DNA from: Octopus sinensis
Lineage: Eukaryota
Assembly (NCBI RefSeq): GCF_006345805.1
Contig: NC_043001.1
Span: 76,818,001 to 76,882,000 of the forward strand
DNA length: 64,000 nt
Reading direction: 5' to 3'
How positions within the stretch are numbered: position 1 is the first letter of the stretch; every line of letters begins with the position of its first letter. Shown here one piece after another: positions 50,385 to 62,859 of this stretch. A program made the translations under genes and the position numbers. Under the pieces are notes generated by a model. That model was not told the origin of the DNA and ran no database searches. It saw only the letters and a list, made by a program, of their open reading frames with translations.

Positions 50385-50546
50385 GGCGTAGAAGTGGCTG
50401 TGTGGTAAGTAGCTTGCTTACGAACCACATGGTTCTGGGTTCAATCCCACTGCGTGGCACCTTGGGCAAGTATCTTCTACTATAGCCTCAGACCGACTAA
50501 AGCCTTGTGAGTGCATTTGGTAGACGGAAACTGAAAGAAGCCCGTC

Positions 50547-50598
<52 letters not shown>

Positions 50599-50805
50599 AT
50601 ATGTTTGTGTGTCTGTGTTTGTCCCTCCAACATCGCTTGACAACTGATGCTGGTGTGTTTACATCCCTGTAACTTAGCGGTTCGGCAAAAGAAACTGATA
50701 GAATAAGTACTAGGCTTACAAAGAATAAGTCCTGGGGTCGATTCGTTCGACTAAAGGCGATGCTCCAGCATGGCCACAGTCAATTGACTGAAACAAGTAA
50801 ACGAG
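50385..50805 (+). mobile_element. SINE family A, young and full length
   Basis: Complete head-body-(TA)n-tail; probable TSD gttatagg. Confidence 0.9.
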
Positions 50806-52269
50806 TATATGTTATAGGTTTGTCTTCACTGCTGGCCGGAATGTAACTTTGCTACAGAGTAAATCTATTAAAATAATATAAATTTCAATGGACACCAATC
50901 CTTCTTACTCAGATTCGTGACATTATTGAAATTCCCCCCTGCCTACTTTTGGGGTATAGGATGTCTTGGTAAAGCTATTTTAACACCATCTATCATTAAT
51001 TCGATGTTGACTTACTTGACATCAGACTTTTTAATGTTTCTTTTGTTCTTCCCCCACCATCTCTCTCTGTGTATATGAGTATATTTTTCTATTTATGTGT
51101 ATGATGAGTGAGAAAATGTTTTTGTCAATTGACCCAAGCCAGCATGGACAATGGACCTTAAATAATGATGATGTGCAATTTATAAACTGTAAAGCCTGTC
51201 TCTTCCTGTCTGTTTGTCACTGTCTTTCTTTTTCTCACTCATGCCTGTATTTCTATATTTCTGCATGTCCATATGTATGTGTATATTTGCTTCCAGTCCC
51301 GTAAAGTTCCTTCCCAAATCATATAAACTCATAGGACCTGTTTCCATGGTGTATGAATTTCCCACCTGAATGGGACGCCGGTCCGTTGCAAGTTTACTCA
51401 TTTTTGCCAGCTGAGTGGACTGGAGTAACATAAAATGAAGTCTTTTGCTCAAAAACACAACACGTCGCCCAGTCCATAAACTGAAACCACAATCTTACAA
51501 TCGTGAGTCCAACACCTTAACCACTCACCTCCACCTAGTGCCATAAGGTACTGGTGCTAAAACATGTTCTGTGTCCATTCAACCATCCCAAATCACCAGC
51601 ATCTAAACAGCTGCATCCAATCGTACCATTTCATTAAATAAAAATCGAATCACAAAGGTCCATCCTCAAACAACATTTACTTCACCAGTTTGGGAAGACG
51701 TGCAGTAGTCATTGTTGCTGATCATTATTCTTTGACCAGAAGCATTTATTAAATATTATCACTACCACTACCACAGAACAATCAAAGGAATTGTTGCTCG
51801 GCCTACATGAAATAGCAACCAAATCTCCCTTAAATCACATTCCCAGTCATTTTCAATGAAGAAAATAGTCACATTGGCTAATATGGTGTAATTCTTGAAA
51901 AAATAATATGGGCATGGCTGGAATACCTTTGATTGTAAATCTGCCCGATTGTGGCTGACCAAGGGCTAATAAAATACTCCACCACTACCAGCGCCACCAT
52001 ATTCATCACATAGTATTGTCGTTACCACCATCACTATCATTACTAAGGCCATAATATAGTACCACTACCAGCATTACGAAGACTACTACCACCATCGCCA
52101 CTTCTACTATTACTGAAACCATATTTGCACCACTACCAGCAACACCCAAACTACCCAACACCCAAATACCCGTCATCACTACTACTGTCTCGCTTACGCA
52201 CAGCCTTGACATCCCTTTTATCAACACAGCTGACAGCATCTGTCCTGACATCAACATATATGGACACAT

Positions 52270-52470
52270 ATTCTGTCCCCACCCCCAGGGGTATTATTTC
52301 TATCAAGATATGTGTACAATGTAACAGGATATCTCATCCTACCTTATTCAGTGCAATGATGTTGGCGATGGGGGAGGTTGGGTTCGAATGACAATGAGAG
52401 TTAATTACATATCTCTCCACTCTCTGCTTGAATCTTATTGTTTTACTTTGTCTATCAACAGTGGTTCTCA
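52270..52470 (+). repeat. Old dispersed repeat, paralogous to 58625-58830
   Basis: caggggtattattt..atcaagat...gtaac..gata...ttcgaatgacaa...ttgttttact.tgtcta is shared. Confidence 0.6.
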
Positions 52471-52675
52471 CTCTGACAAATGCCACCACCAACAACAACG
52501 CACAAAAAATATTTGTGAAATACTTTACACCTCCCTACACCCACTTTCTTATTTCTATAAACACAAAATGGAGTCTACACCCTTATAATTATTCTTTCTT
52601 TGCCATTGTTTGTACTGGACGAGTTTAACAAGTTTAAACATGGCAATTTGGCCAACCACTTTTCTATTCCCACAG

Positions 52676-52894
52676 GACCTCCCACCGACCCCAAAAAGGA
52701 TGGTTATGCCATTTCTTATGAGAAACACTGCTCTATACGATATATCAAACATGGGCAAACTTTTCCGAGAAACGGGCAACATGAGACATGACTCATCGTC
52801 AGGCGGGTCGCACTACAAAAAATATTCAAGACAGTTTTTCCTTAAGCGTGTCAGTGCTATTGAAAAAGTCCCGCGGACCTCAGCTTACCCATGA
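52676..52894 (+). CDS. Candidate terminal exon (DLPPTPKRMVMPFLMRNTALYDISNMGKLFRETG...SAYP*)
   Basis: Acceptor cacttttctattcccacAG; 72-codon open frame in non-repetitive sequence; no family recognised. Confidence 0.3.
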   Translation, partial: DLPPTPKRMVMPFLMRNTALYDISNMGKLFRETGNMRHDSSSGGSHYKKYSRQFFLKRVSAIEKVPRTSAYP

Positions 52895-53624
52895 CTACGA
52901 TATATGTAGGCTTGAGAGCGATGGTAGTGATGATGGTCGTTTTCGTTGTAATAATGGCAGTGACGGTGATTGGGGTGGCGGGTACTGAGTTGTTGAGTAT
53001 CAACCAGAACAGCTATTATAGAGTAGACTTTGCAATCAAGGACATTCCACGTATGACCACCGTCGCATCCCATCTTTGTGTATATCAGAGATATTTCATT
53101 GTCTGATGTACCCTCGTCCTGGCGCTAGCATGGGTTTGAGAACAAGGAGTGCAAGCAGATCTAAAAGTTTTGAGGGGTACAAAAATCAAAATTTGCACCC
53201 TCTACTTACTTTTCTCAGGTTTAGAAAACAATAAGTAAAAAGTGATTTGCAAAAAGTAGCTTGAAGTTAGGTTTCTTCTCAAAGAATAAAGAACAAAGAT
53301 AAATTTAAAAAAAACAAGACTTTTGTATGTAAAAAGTTTTTGACCTGAGTTTCCACCCACTACGCAAATTTTGTTCCCCAGCCAGTAGGCGCTAGGGTGA
53401 ACTGTGATTGTCATGGTGATAGTAATGATCACAAAGATAGTGACAGACTTGATTAAAGATTCGTGGTTAAATTGGAGTTGGGAGTCCCACAAGCCATCGA
53501 GTTGTTACCTGCTCCTAGGACACCCTCTCCGCTCCTTGGCAGAAAATCTATTAGTGGGAACAGGGGCACAAAGTTTCTTTTAGTTCCCCACCACCTTCCT
53601 TTCTGTGAATGCTATTTTTTCATA

Positions 53625-54391
53625 TCTTTTATCTTTTACTTGTTGCATTCATTGGACTGCGGCCAAGTTGGAGCACCGCCTTGAAGGATTTAGTCTAACA
53701 AATCGACCTCAGTACTTATTTCTTTTAAAACCTGGTACTTATTTTGTAGGCTTCTTTTTCCGAACCGATAAGTTATGGGGACGTAAACAAACTTACACTG
53801 GTTGTCAGGCGGTGGTGGGGAACAAACAACAACACAAAGATGCACATTCACCACACATATACATACGTATATGCGACGGGCTTCTTTCAGTTTCCGTTTT
53901 TGAAACCCAGTCACAAGACATCGATCAGTTCAGGGTATAGTAGAAGACATATGCCTAAAGTGTCGCATAGTGGAACGGAACCCAGCAAGAATTATATACT
54001 CTTTACTCTTTTACTTGTTTGTCATTTGACTGCGGCCATGCTGGAGCACCGCCTTTAATCGAGCAACTCGACCCCGGGACTTATTCTTTTTGTAAGCCCA
54101 GTATTTATTCTACCGGTCTCTTTTGCCGAACGGGGACATAAACACACCAGCATCGGTTGTCAAGCAATGCTAGGGGGATAAACACAGACACACAAACACA
54201 CACACGCATATATATATACATATATACGACGGGCTTCTTTCAGTTTCCGTCTACCAAATCCACTCACAAGGCATTGGTCGGCCCGGGGCTATAGTAGAAG
54301 ACACTTGCTCAAGATGCCACGCAGTGGGACTGAACTCGGAACCATGTGGTTGGTTAGCAAACTACTTACCACACAGCCACTCCTGCGCCTA
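53625..54391 (-). mobile_element. Two tandem SINE family A copies (53997-54391 young)
   Basis: Near-consensus reverse complement ending cttaccacacagccactcctgcgcctat. Confidence 0.85.
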
Positions 54392-55171
54392 TGTTTACAT
54401 CATAAAAAATACAAAGGGTTGCTTTGGTATAATGGTAAAACATCTGCAATTTCAACAAAAGATGTGGGCTTGAGTCCCACGGACAGCCTTCGACTTTCTC
54501 CATCCAAAATGGTACTTTGAGTTCTACAGCTGAAAACGATATATAAAATTATTAAGTGAAAAAAACCCCAAATTACTCAATATATATTTGAGAGTACAAA
54601 GAAACAAATCAGCTTCGTTTAAAACTACAATTGCAAAATGATACTGTGAAAAGATAGAATTTTTTTGTAAATATTTTTTTAGGGTGAATGCAGCTTATAA
54701 ATAATGGCTACTGGATAATGAATGATTTAAAAATAAATATATATCCTTGAACGGAAAATGGCTGCAGCTGTTCGGACGTTCAGAAAGAAACATTCTAAAA
54801 TGATAAATTGTGAAGAAAACCTTTAAACGATTCAATATTTTACGATTTTGATATTCATTTTCATGGCATTGAACTCTCTCTGTACTATTTCTTGTGCAGA
54901 AAGAAGTGTGAAATTTCTACAATGGCGACATTCTGGTCAATTATTATTGCATTAGTTCATTGTTCCTTTTTCAAGATCTCTAATAATTTCCAGGTTATAG
55001 GATGAAATGTTTGTCTTTGAATTTCCTTTCCATTATTAATGAAATGCAACGTAAAACAATTTCTTAGCGTTTAAAAATATAACACTTCAAATAAAGTTTA
55101 GCCATATATTTATTCTGTAGACAAAAAATTTTTAATAATGTACAGACAGCTGCACATTCACTAAGAAGCTT

Positions 55172-55790
55172 GGATCTTTACCTTAATTTTTTGTAATTAA
55201 ACACTTTCAAACTTCGGACACTGGTAGAATGGGTCATATATAACATCTTTTACTCTTAGCGTTTTTGAGAAAAGCTTATATTTAGGAAGTTATTTCACGT
55301 TAAAGTATTTCGGTAATTTCAACCAATCAATGACGTGTATTCAGCTGAATAAAATTACTGCTGTTGTTTGTCAACAACAACATCCGGCGGTGTATATTTC
55401 GTTTGTCACTGTTATTTATAACAACCCTAACACCCTAACCCTAAAACCCTAACTCTAAAACCCTAACCCTAAAACCTTAAAGCTAAAACCAGTACAAACG
55501 CACGAACGATGTCATAAATAACAGTGACAAACGAAAAATACACAGCCGATAGTTGTTGTTGACAAACAACGGCAGTAATTTTATTCGGCTGAATACATGT
55601 CATTGATTGGTTGAAATTACCGAAATACTACAACTTTAACGTGAAATGACTTCCTAAATATAAGCTTTTCTCAAAAACGCTAAGAGTAAAAGATGGTTTA
55701 TATGACCCATTCGACCAGTGTCCGAAGTTTGAAAGTGTTTAGTTACAAAAAAATTATTAAAAAAATCTGTCGGTCAAAAGGTAAAGATCC
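55172..55790. mobile_element. Complete Merlin-like fold-back MITE with telomere-like core, inserted in a SINE A head
   Basis: Termini GGATCTTTACC/GGTAAAGATCC; arms about 250-280 bp; 8-bp TSD AGAAGCTT at 55164-55171 and 55791-55798; centre aaccctaacaccctaaccctaaaaccctaa. Confidence 0.85.
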
Positions 55791-57452
55791 AGAAGCTTGC
55801 TTCCTAACCGTGTGGTCTTGGGATCAGTTTCACAGCACCGCACTGCACCTCGGAAAGTTGCTTCTATTATAGTCCTGTGATGACCAAAACCTTCTGAGTG
55901 GTCTTATAGATGAAAGCTAAGAGAAGCTCATCATGTGTGTGTGTGTGTGTACACATGTCTTGAAATCAGGTAACGGTTGTAAATCAATCTTCCATGAAAA
56001 ATATATTTCCACTGGGAAATATTACCTTGCTTGGAAACAGGTGAAGTCCGCTTGACAAGAAGAGCATCCGGCCATAGAAAATCTGCATCCACAAATTCTG
56101 TTTGTCTCATATGCAAAGCGTGAAAAAATGAACAGTAAAACAATGGTGATGCTGGTGACGTAACTATTCCGCGGATGTAAACTTAGGACACTGTTTAACG
56201 ATGTATTTACTTGGCAGATAATAGGCCTGATGAATTTACTGCCGATACGTTCGCTCGTGATGACGCAATTATCTTTCAATAAAATTAAGAGTCAATGAAA
56301 TTACAAGCGGTGTGTCTGCCGCGATGTAATTAACTGCGATGAATTTACTGCACTTCAAATTAACTTAGTTATCGATTATAAAACCCGAATTTCTTCCAAC
56401 CACTTGAAATATTTCAAATCTGAATATTTTCAAGAAGTGTAATTTGAATGTAGTTTTGCATGCTGATGAAGAAAATCACGTTCATATTTCCATTTCCTAG
56501 AAATCAATAATTAAAGAAGTTATAAGCATTTAAAATTATATAGTCTTAGTGAATGGGAAGGGGAGAGCCTTTATTGCTGCTCACATAGCGGGCGTTGTTG
56601 TCATAGCAACAACAGTTTATCGTTGTTTACCCACGTGTTTCTCACTCCGATTCCTTTCATTAATTTTTTTTTTTTTCATTTGAAGTTTGTGTTTCATTTC
56701 ATTTCATTTCATTTCAAAACTAGTTCCTCAACTAATGCTGGACTGAGTTGGATGGCGTGCGTGAGTTAAAAAAAAGTTCGAGCAGCCTCGACCAAATGAT
56801 GATGATAAGATCCTTTTTAAAAAGATTTCTCATTCAATCCTTAAATAAAAAAGAAAAAGAAAAAAGCATTCGTGGCTCCGTAATGTTTTCTTTTCTTTTT
56901 TTTTTTTTTTCTTTACACATGGGTATACATTTATAAAGTGGAGTCGTCATGTTAGTAGAGATTTATCACAGGCTAAAATTATATATCTTTAAATGTTTGT
57001 AACTTCTTTATTATTAATAAATTTCTAGACAAAAATTACTGCGATTTTCGTTGTCAGTATGCGAAACTACACCAGTGTAGAAAATTTGAAAACGATCAGG
57101 TGAAAGTTTGAAATACTCTCTAACGTAGCTAGAGGGGGATGTGAGGCGGGGGGGGCTGTTCTCCCCGGTCGGCAATGTTTTTCGTGGGGGCCCGGGGGAA
57201 GCAAACTGAAGGGCCGCCCCGGGTGGTACCACACTCCAATGCTTGTGGAAATATTTCAAGCAGTTGGAAGAAATGTAACGAAATTCACACAAACTGGTAT
57301 TTTGTTGATTTTATTTAATTTCTATATTTATTTCAATTTTTCACCCTGTACCGGCGAAGTACTAAACGCTCTCATTAGTTTCTTCTCTCCACCTTGGTAG
57401 ACCTATGAAACACTACCCGCTTTCATACCAATGATTATCTATTTACATAAAC

Positions 57453-57803
57453 CAGTGGTTCTCAACCAGGGTCTATATGGCTCCTGAGGGTCCCATATAA
57501 GATTTTTAGGGGTCCGCACAAGCAAAATAGTAAATTGGGACTACAATAATACTTTGTAGGTTCATGAAAAAAAATTTGCCTCAGATGTATTTGTTTATTT
57601 ATCGCAAGAAACAGCTAAGTTTCTTTCTCTGATGTTTTATATAGTTCAACCTATACAGGTGAATGTGTGATAAACAAAATAAGAATTTTGAAAGAATTAT
57701 CTACTAAATTGGGTTTTGAACAAGGAATAGTTATGAAGGACCACCAGAATAAAACAGTAATCAAAGGGGTCTGTTCGTAAAAAAAAATGGTTCAGGACCA
57801 CTG
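57453..57803. mobile_element. hAT-type MITE
   Basis: TIRs CAGTGGTTCTCAACC / GGTTCAGGACCACTG; perfect 8-bp TSD ACATAAAC at 57445-57452 and 57804-57811. Confidence 0.85.
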
Positions 57804-57814
57804 ACATAAACGAA

Positions 57815-58400
57815 GAGTCGTTGTGTAGCGGTAGTAGGTGGATTCGGTATGCATTCATTATCTTGCAGCCATAGCGCGGGTTCCGTTTTCCCGGCACGCT
57901 GCTATGAAGGGCATAATTAGAAGAGGCCACGACACGATTGGCTTCCCATCTCAGCTGGAGTATGTAGGTCTCGATCGCGGGGACGGTAAGTGCCCCAACG
58001 AAATAACCTTCTTTCCATGCGAAGGAGGCTGATCCCTAGTTTGAAACGCGACGTGCAGTGACTCGTTTTCCGGCTGCAACCTTGCTGCGTCGGCTGCAAA
58101 CCCGGGGTGTCTCAGCCCGCAACGCGTCAGAGAGAAAAATCTATAAATACAGAGGCCGGCCTCTATCGATTTGCGCCGCTTGCCGGCGAGACATCAGATG
58201 TTCTCGGAGCCCGGACTACCGATTTCCTCCGCAAAATCGGGTTAACGGTAGCCCATCAGAGAAATGGGTCCCGTAAGGGGAGTGACTTCTGCAGCGAGTG
58301 TCACTGGCCATTCTCTGCGGCAACGCCACCTCAGTCATTACCGTGGGCTTCAGCCGAGCACATAATTTGTTCTGGGATGTGTGACCCATTGTCCCTCTTC
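57815..58400 (+). mobile_element. CRE-clade non-LTR retrotransposon 3' fragment (CCHC knuckle and RLE), frameshifted
   Basis: HSLSC.HSAG/RHAAMKGIIRR..DTIGFPSQLE..GLDRGDGKCPNEITFFP...NATCSDSF...KIYKY/YRFAPLAGETSDVLG..TTDFLRKIG/LLQRVSLAILCGNATSV. Confidence 0.8.
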
Positions 58401-58962
58401 TCTATCTTCTGCTGCTTTAACTCTCCTCTTTTTGTTCCTTATTTCTCTTTTTTCTTCTTTCACTTCTTTTTTTTTTATCCTTTTTTTACCCCCGTTTCTT
58501 TGTATTTCATTGATGTATTAATCAGAGAAAAGATTAAAACCAGCTACTGCTTGGGCGAGAAGACTCTTGCCTACGTACCTACGTACATACATACATACAT
58601 ACATATTTATATATAGACATATATTCCACCTTATCACACAGGGGTATTATTTCCATCAAGATGTATCTATAATGCAGTGTAACGAGATACTTTATCGTAC
58701 CTTTTATAGTTAGTTATGGGGTTGATGTTGTCGGTGGTGGAGAGATTCGAGTGACGATGGTTTCGAATGACAAAAGGCAACGACATCTTTCATAGCCAGT
58801 TGTTTTACTATGTCTAAATCACACTCGCGCGAGCGCAGAGAGAGAGAGAGAGCGAGCAAGTATAGTGTTTGACTGGTCAAACGTAAGACTGACATTTAAA
58901 AAAGGTTTTTAACCAACACCTCTTTTCGTGCTGTCTATTATTGTTCTTCATATTGTTATCAC

Positions 58963-59175
58963 TGGGCGACGAGCACGTCGGGCGAAACGCTTAGCAGCAT
59001 TTCGTCCGTCCTTATGTCCTGAGTTCAAATTCCGCCGAGGTCGACTTTGCCTTTCATCCTCTCGGAAATCGATAAATCATGTGTCAGTGAAATTACTGGG
59101 ATCGATGTAATCGAAAAGTCTCCTCCCACAAAATTTCGTGCCTCGTGTCTATAGTAGAAAGGATTATTATTATTG
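58963..59175 (+). mobile_element. SINE family B with (ATT)n tail
   Basis: Core gagttcaaattccgccgaggtcgactttgcctttcatcc; ends atagtagaaaggattattatt. Confidence 0.75.
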
Positions 59176-59586
59176 ATGCTTTGGCTCTGTTACTATACCA
59201 GAAGAGCGAACCATATCAAATAGCCAAAGGTCCTTTCTAACACCTTCCTTAGAAACCGCGTTGTTCTTAGCAAGACTGTTAACGAGGCAAAAAAGCTCCT
59301 GCTGTGATGCTAATTTATTATTATTATTATTATTATTATTTGTTTTCATCGTCACTGTCGATTTTCTGCTCATTTTCATTTTTTTTTCTTTTTCGAGGAT
59401 CGCCTTTCACGGAACCAGATCTGGTTTCAAGGTTAGGTTTATATGTTTGTATGTGTACATAGAGGAACAGTGACAAGCGGTGTGAGTGAATGTGTGAAAG
59501 CTTGAGTATGTACATCTCTTTGCAACTTTTCTCTCTCTCTCAACACCTTTCATATCTATCTATCTGTCTGTCTGTCTATCTATCTA

Positions 59587-59696
<110 letters not shown>

Positions 59697-59919
59697 CGCG
59701 CGTGCACAATATAAGTAGTATCTCGTAAAAATTACTCTCTTGAGATTTTTAAGCTTTATTTATTATTCTTTTTATTTTTTTCATTAGGCAAGATGTGTCT
59801 GTGACAGATGGGTTCTGATGTGCATGTGTATGACAGATGGGTATGGGTTCTGATGCGTTAAAAAGATAACATTCCACTATGGATTGCAAGTAAAAATACA
59901 AAGCAGAGAGAAAATAAAG

Positions 59920-59995
59920 TCGTTATATCACATATGGGCACACTTGCACATGCGTACTCGTTATATCACATATGGGCACACTTGCACATGCGTAC
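59920..59995. repeat. Perfect 38-bp tandem duplication
   Basis: tcgttatatcacatatgggcacacttgcacatgcgtac x2. Confidence 0.95.
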
Positions 59996-60439
59996 TGTGA
60001 AAATATATGCATGTGCATAATGATACATCTGTGTGTGCCTATATAGGAAAGTATTTGCGTGTGTGTGAGTGAGTGAGTGAGTGAGTGAGGGAGGGTGGGT
60101 GGATTAAGTGTGTAGAAAAAAGGTGAGGGTGCTCAGTATACGAGTATGTCAAAGAGCTTATATATTCGCGAAGAATTATGTGTGTATACATATACACATC
60201 GTCAGCAACATCGTTTTAACATGAACTCCTCCATGTTTATATATGCGTGTGTGTGTGAAGAAGAAAACGGAGAAATTGACATATAGACATCAATTTATTA
60301 GAACATAATACAATTCTGAAAAATATCAAACTCAATTTCACGTATAATTGTTTCCATGCCCAATTAATATATATCTATACATACATACATACATGCATGC
60401 ATGCATACACACACACACACACACACATACATACTATGA

Positions 60440-60612
60440 TAGATCGCTAGCCACTATACATTCTTTTTTTTCTCTCCTTGTTCCTTTCTGTGGAAGAGCG
60501 TAGGCTCGAAATGTTAAAGACTTTTTCACTTCCCGAGCGTTATACTAATACATCTGTTTGTCTACACCACCTGTCTTCGTCTTTTGTTTTTTTGTGAATT
60601 CTCCCTATAAAT
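60440..60612 (+). mobile_element. Penelope-like terminal repeat
   Basis: ctttctgtggaagagcgtaggctcgaaatgttaaagac; lies 350 bp upstream of a Penelope RT fragment in the same orientation. Confidence 0.6.
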
Positions 60613-60954
60613 ATATATATATATACACACACACGCACACATATATACATACACACACATACATACATATAGTGAGAGAGAGAATTGTATAAGGTACAGT
60701 TATACTAAAGGGCACAGAAGGCTATCATGCCCATATGCTGAAAGTAGACATCAAATATGTCCAACCATTGCAGATATTCACTCCACACACACACACACAT
60801 ATAGGTTGAAAGTGGGAAAGTAGACTGACTAAAAATTCATAAAATAATTCAGATAGTTTTGGATTGATCAATTTCTGGATTAGTTTGATAACTTTTCGTT
60901 CATCCGCAAAACATACCGAGCGAAATAAATGAAAATATTTATAACTTTTAACTT

Positions 60955-61395
60955 CCCCGACCCATCATTGCTGGCCCTGCTTGTGAAACCCACCATTTGA
61001 GTAATTTCCTTGACATCTTACTCAAACCGTTTCTAAAATATGCGAAAAGCTTCATCAAGGATGTCTTAGACATGCTTAACCACCTCCCAAGGACAATAAA
61101 TGAAAGAACCCTGTTAGTATCATTCGATGTGGTGAACCTGTACACCTATATCCCACACGATTATGGCATAGAAGCAATCACCTTCTGGCTAGAAAAATAT
61201 CTAGAAGATATCCCAAGATGCATCAACCACAAATTCATAATCACAGCACTGAAATTCATCCTACTGAACAACTATTTCATGTTTGATACAGTCTACTATT
61301 GACAAAAATGTTGAATTGCAATGGGAACCCAAGCTGCCCCAGTGATTGCGAACCTTGTAATGGGTTACCCTGAACTTAAAATATACCAATTATCA
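60955..61395 (+). pseudogene. Penelope-like element reverse transcriptase fragment
   Basis: PRPIIAGPACETHHLSNFLDILLKP...LVSFDVVNLYTYIPH...LKFILLNNYFMFD..YY*QKC*IAMGTQAAPVIANLVMGY; truncated before the YxDD motif. Confidence 0.85.
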
Positions 61396-61584
61396 CTATT
61401 TATCACTAATTGTCAAGATATCAAGTAGTGATGCAGTACAACCATTTCAAGTGGCTCCATTTAATTGAACAATGCAATCATTACATCAATTTAAATGTAG
61501 TGCCATCTTCAGCTGCACAAATAAATAAATGGAATTTTAACAAGTAGGACATATTAATATAATTTTTCTTAAATGTTTTAACAG

Positions 61585-61620
61585 AGCAAGAAGATGGAAG
61601 AAATTCATGTTGTCGCTATC
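61585..61620 (+). CDS. Candidate micro-exon 1 of a Cys-rich chain (EQEDGRNSCCRY)
   Basis: Acceptor tttttcttaaatgttttaacAG; weak donor C|GTAGTT; phase compatible with 62196. Confidence 0.2.
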
Positions 61621-62195
61621 GTAGTTAAGAATAGACTACAACTTCTAAGAATCACATGGAGCATAGTGGGGTCATCGGGTTGTAATTCATTTCTAATTCA
61701 TTTATCTCATTTATCAACTACTAAATCTAAGACTAGATGACTGTGTCTGTTTTAAATAAAACAGGAGTGAGTTGACAGTTCATAGCTAGGTATATATATA
61801 TATATATATATGCACATACATACACACACCAACAGCATTTAAGAGGCTGAGTGTACAAATCACCTTCCCTGAACAAGATGCCAGTTCTATTGCGGGGTTA
61901 TGTGTGGCTGAATGGTTAAGTTCTCTTCACACATAAGTTTTTGGGTTCAATCCCCTGTGTTGCATCTTGGGTCAAGGTCTTTTGCCACAGCCTCTATTCT
62001 ACTTAAACCTTGTGAGTCAAACGAAGAGAATGGAAACTATGTGGAAGCCTGATAGATGGATTGTACATGTAATTCGAAAGGTATGACCTTGTCTCACATT
62101 GTCATACTCTTTCTGTGTAGGACTTACATTAAGGGTACCTACATATGTCTGTAAAATACTCAGCCGCTTACACATAACGTTTGTCAAATAATTAG

Positions 62196-62227
62196 AAGAC
62201 TCTTGTTCAAAACCAATGGAGATCCAG
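62196..62227 (+). CDS. Candidate micro-exon 2 (QDSCSKPMEIQ)
   Basis: Strong donor CAG|GTATGT; weak acceptor taattAG. Confidence 0.25.
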
Positions 62228-62376
62228 GTATGTGCAGGTGTGTGTCTTTTTAAGCTAAATCACATGCCATAAATCAGGCAGGGGCATCCTTTTTCAAGAA
62301 CTGGGCCCCATGAGACATGGCTCACTATCAGATGGGATGCACTGCTACAAAAAAGTTCATGTTAATTTTTCATTAG

Positions 62377-62401
62377 GTGTGCCGTTCAGAAAGTCCTACA
62401 G
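62377..62401 (+). CDS. Candidate micro-exon 3 (VCRSESPT)
   Basis: Acceptor ttaatttttcattAG; donor CAG|GTTATA. Confidence 0.25.
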
Positions 62402-62581
62402 GTTATAGTTTGTCTATGACTGTTTTTAATCTTGGCTTTTTATTTCTACAACATCTGCATGTTTATTTTTTTTATTTGGGTGGTGTTGGTGATGGTGGGG
62501 CTACATTTCTTTTTTTTTTTATGTTTTCATGTTTTCCCTCCTTACCTTCTGTTTTGTTTACTTGGTTGTCCAGTCTTATAG

Positions 62582-62663
62582 GGTTCTGTCCAAAGTTCAT
62601 TGATTCTGCTGTAGCAACTTTACTGGAATATAATTGTAGCCTAAACAAACATTCCGTTTGTTG
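62582..62663 (+). CDS. Candidate exon 4 (GFCPKFIDSAVATLLEYNCSLNKHSVCW)
   Basis: Long pyrimidine tract ending cttatAG; strong donor TG|GTATGC; open frame. Confidence 0.4.
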
Positions 62664-62859
62664 GTATGCTGACAATTTCAAAGCTAACAAAACTGAACTC
62701 AAGAAATCATATTGAAGTAAGAATAGTAAATAAAGCTAATCTTTTGTGTAAATATAAAAAACAAAATCCATACAACAAATATAATTTTGTCAAGGTATAT
62801 AATAGGTTTGGGGAAATGGAAAGAATTCCTTAATGATGCAAATAATATTGGTTCAAGGA

